A stretch of DNA of 8,844 nt from Amoeboradix gromovi X-113 (taxonomy: Eukaryota; Fungi; Sanchytriomycota): assembly GCA_018985225.1 (NCBI GenBank), contig JADGIF010000424.1:1-8844 (forward strand). The letters are read 5' to 3'. Positions 8,163 through 8,844 of the stretch are shown piece after piece. Position 1 is the stretch's first letter; the number at the start of each line of letters is the position of its first letter. Under the pieces are notes generated by a model. That model made no database searches, was not told the DNA's origin, and saw nothing but the letters and a program-made list of their open reading frames with translations. The position numbers and the translations under genes were made by a program.

Positions 8163-8472
8163 AAGACATATGATCTTATATACTTGCCATCGTCTAATAC
8201 TAGTCAAACGATAAGCAGCTTGCCGAGCAAGGTCCCATTACACATTCAAGGAACGCTTGAAGTTCAAGTGTAAACAAAGAGGAAAGACGATGGTTGAGTG
8301 TAATTAAGCATTTACTAGTCAGACATGTACAGGGTGTGGAACTCTGAAGAAAACTAATTTATAAACCTGAACCTGTAAAAAGTGTCATTTGAAGATATAT
8401 AGAAATCGTATGGCAGCAAGGAACATATACATCAAGTATCTGCATCCTTATTCAATCCCCGCCTCAGGGTAG
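8163..8472 (+). pseudogene. Fanzor/TnpB (Fanzor2/IS607-TnpB-like) pseudogene, C-terminal ~100 codons
   Basis: 8163-8234 reads KTYDLIYLPSSNTSQTISSLPSKV. After a frameshift/deletion, 8233-8472 reads SHYTFKERLKFKCKQRGKTMVECN*AFTSQTCTGCGTLKKTNL*T*TCKKCHLKIYRNRMAARNIYIKYLHPYSIPASG*. Stops are at 8305, 8362 and 8368. Confidence 0.92.
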
Positions 8473-8556
8473 TGAAAGCGTTAGCAATCGCTGTTACAGA
8501 GATCCAGCATTGCTAGTTTCTCTGTGGAAATTCTCGATTTTCTCGGAAATCTGGAC
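8409..8556 (+). ncRNA. Candidate omegaRNA (Fanzor guide RNA scaffold) overlapping the ORF 3' end
   Basis: Located at the 3' end of a TnpB/Fanzor ORF. Nucleotide conservation between copies rises abruptly at 8409, and non-coding conservation with 7305-7397 continues to 8556. Stems: tagcaat(c)gctg/cagcattgcta, acagaga/tctctgt and terminal gattt/aaatc. Confidence 0.6.
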
Positions 8557-8705
8557 TTTTAACGAGGAGACCATTCTAGCATATTTTTACATGGATTAAT
8601 ATCACGATAATTTGTGCGACTATAATTTGCACATTTACATAATCGACTAACCAGTACTATGAATTAGTATTATGAATCAGAGGTTTACTTGAAATAAAGA
8701 TTGGA

Positions 8706-8844
8706 TGAAAGAGTAAGAGAATAGCTGTACAGAATATTTATTTTGAAATTTCGATACAAAAAGTTATTTATTTTCCTTTTATACTCGTCAACTCCGCAAC
8801 TAGCTGAATGTCCACTCGCCTCTTAAATCCATAAAGTAATAAAG
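8706..8844. repeat. Direct repeat copy 2, runs off the window end
   Basis: Matches 5342-5482 at roughly 95%. Confidence 0.97.

Larger units (their letters stand above)
7985..8556 (+). mobile_element. Defective Fanzor-carrying element, copy R (left boundary undefined)
   Basis: Colinear with RC of 1-350 and RC of 7305-7397. Contains the Fanzor relic and the conserved structured 3' end. Confidence 0.8.

Noticed and set aside
8029-8214. 61-aa ORF as an independent gene
   Set aside because: It lies inside the decayed element, the homologous frame in the left copy has a stop, and its 3' part overlaps the Fanzor YDLIYLP segment in another frame.
1-8844. CRISPR array, tRNA or rRNA genes
   Set aside because: No regularly spaced repeats or recognisable tRNA/rRNA motifs were seen by eye.

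Overview
AT-rich, compact eukaryotic DNA, probably from an early-diverging fungus or related protist (inference). It has three intact-looking + strand genes: (1) an ABCG/White-type half transporter split by a predicted 19-nt GT-AG intron; (2) a secreted RlpA-like/expansin-like double-psi beta-barrel (DPBB) protein; (3) a secreted protein with a degenerate DPBB followed by two tandem ~107-aa beta-sandwich-like domains. The main hidden signal, missed by the ORF track, is a family of eukaryotic TnpB/Fanzor (Fanzor2/IS607-TnpB-like) RNA-guided nuclease relics in the intergenic DNA. Two clear copies lie in inverted orientation near the window ends (1-350 on minus, ~7985-8556 on plus) and carry the E-x-x-TS-x-x-CxxC...CxxC...DRD-xx-AARNI C-terminus. 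At least two, and possibly four, more eroded copies are also present. Comparing copies defines a conserved, hairpin-rich ~150-nt 3' segment overlapping the ORF end (candidate omegaRNA scaffold) and a candidate element right end at ...GAC (8556). No intact Fanzor gene is present in the window. Both window ends fall inside repeats. All alignments were done by eye.
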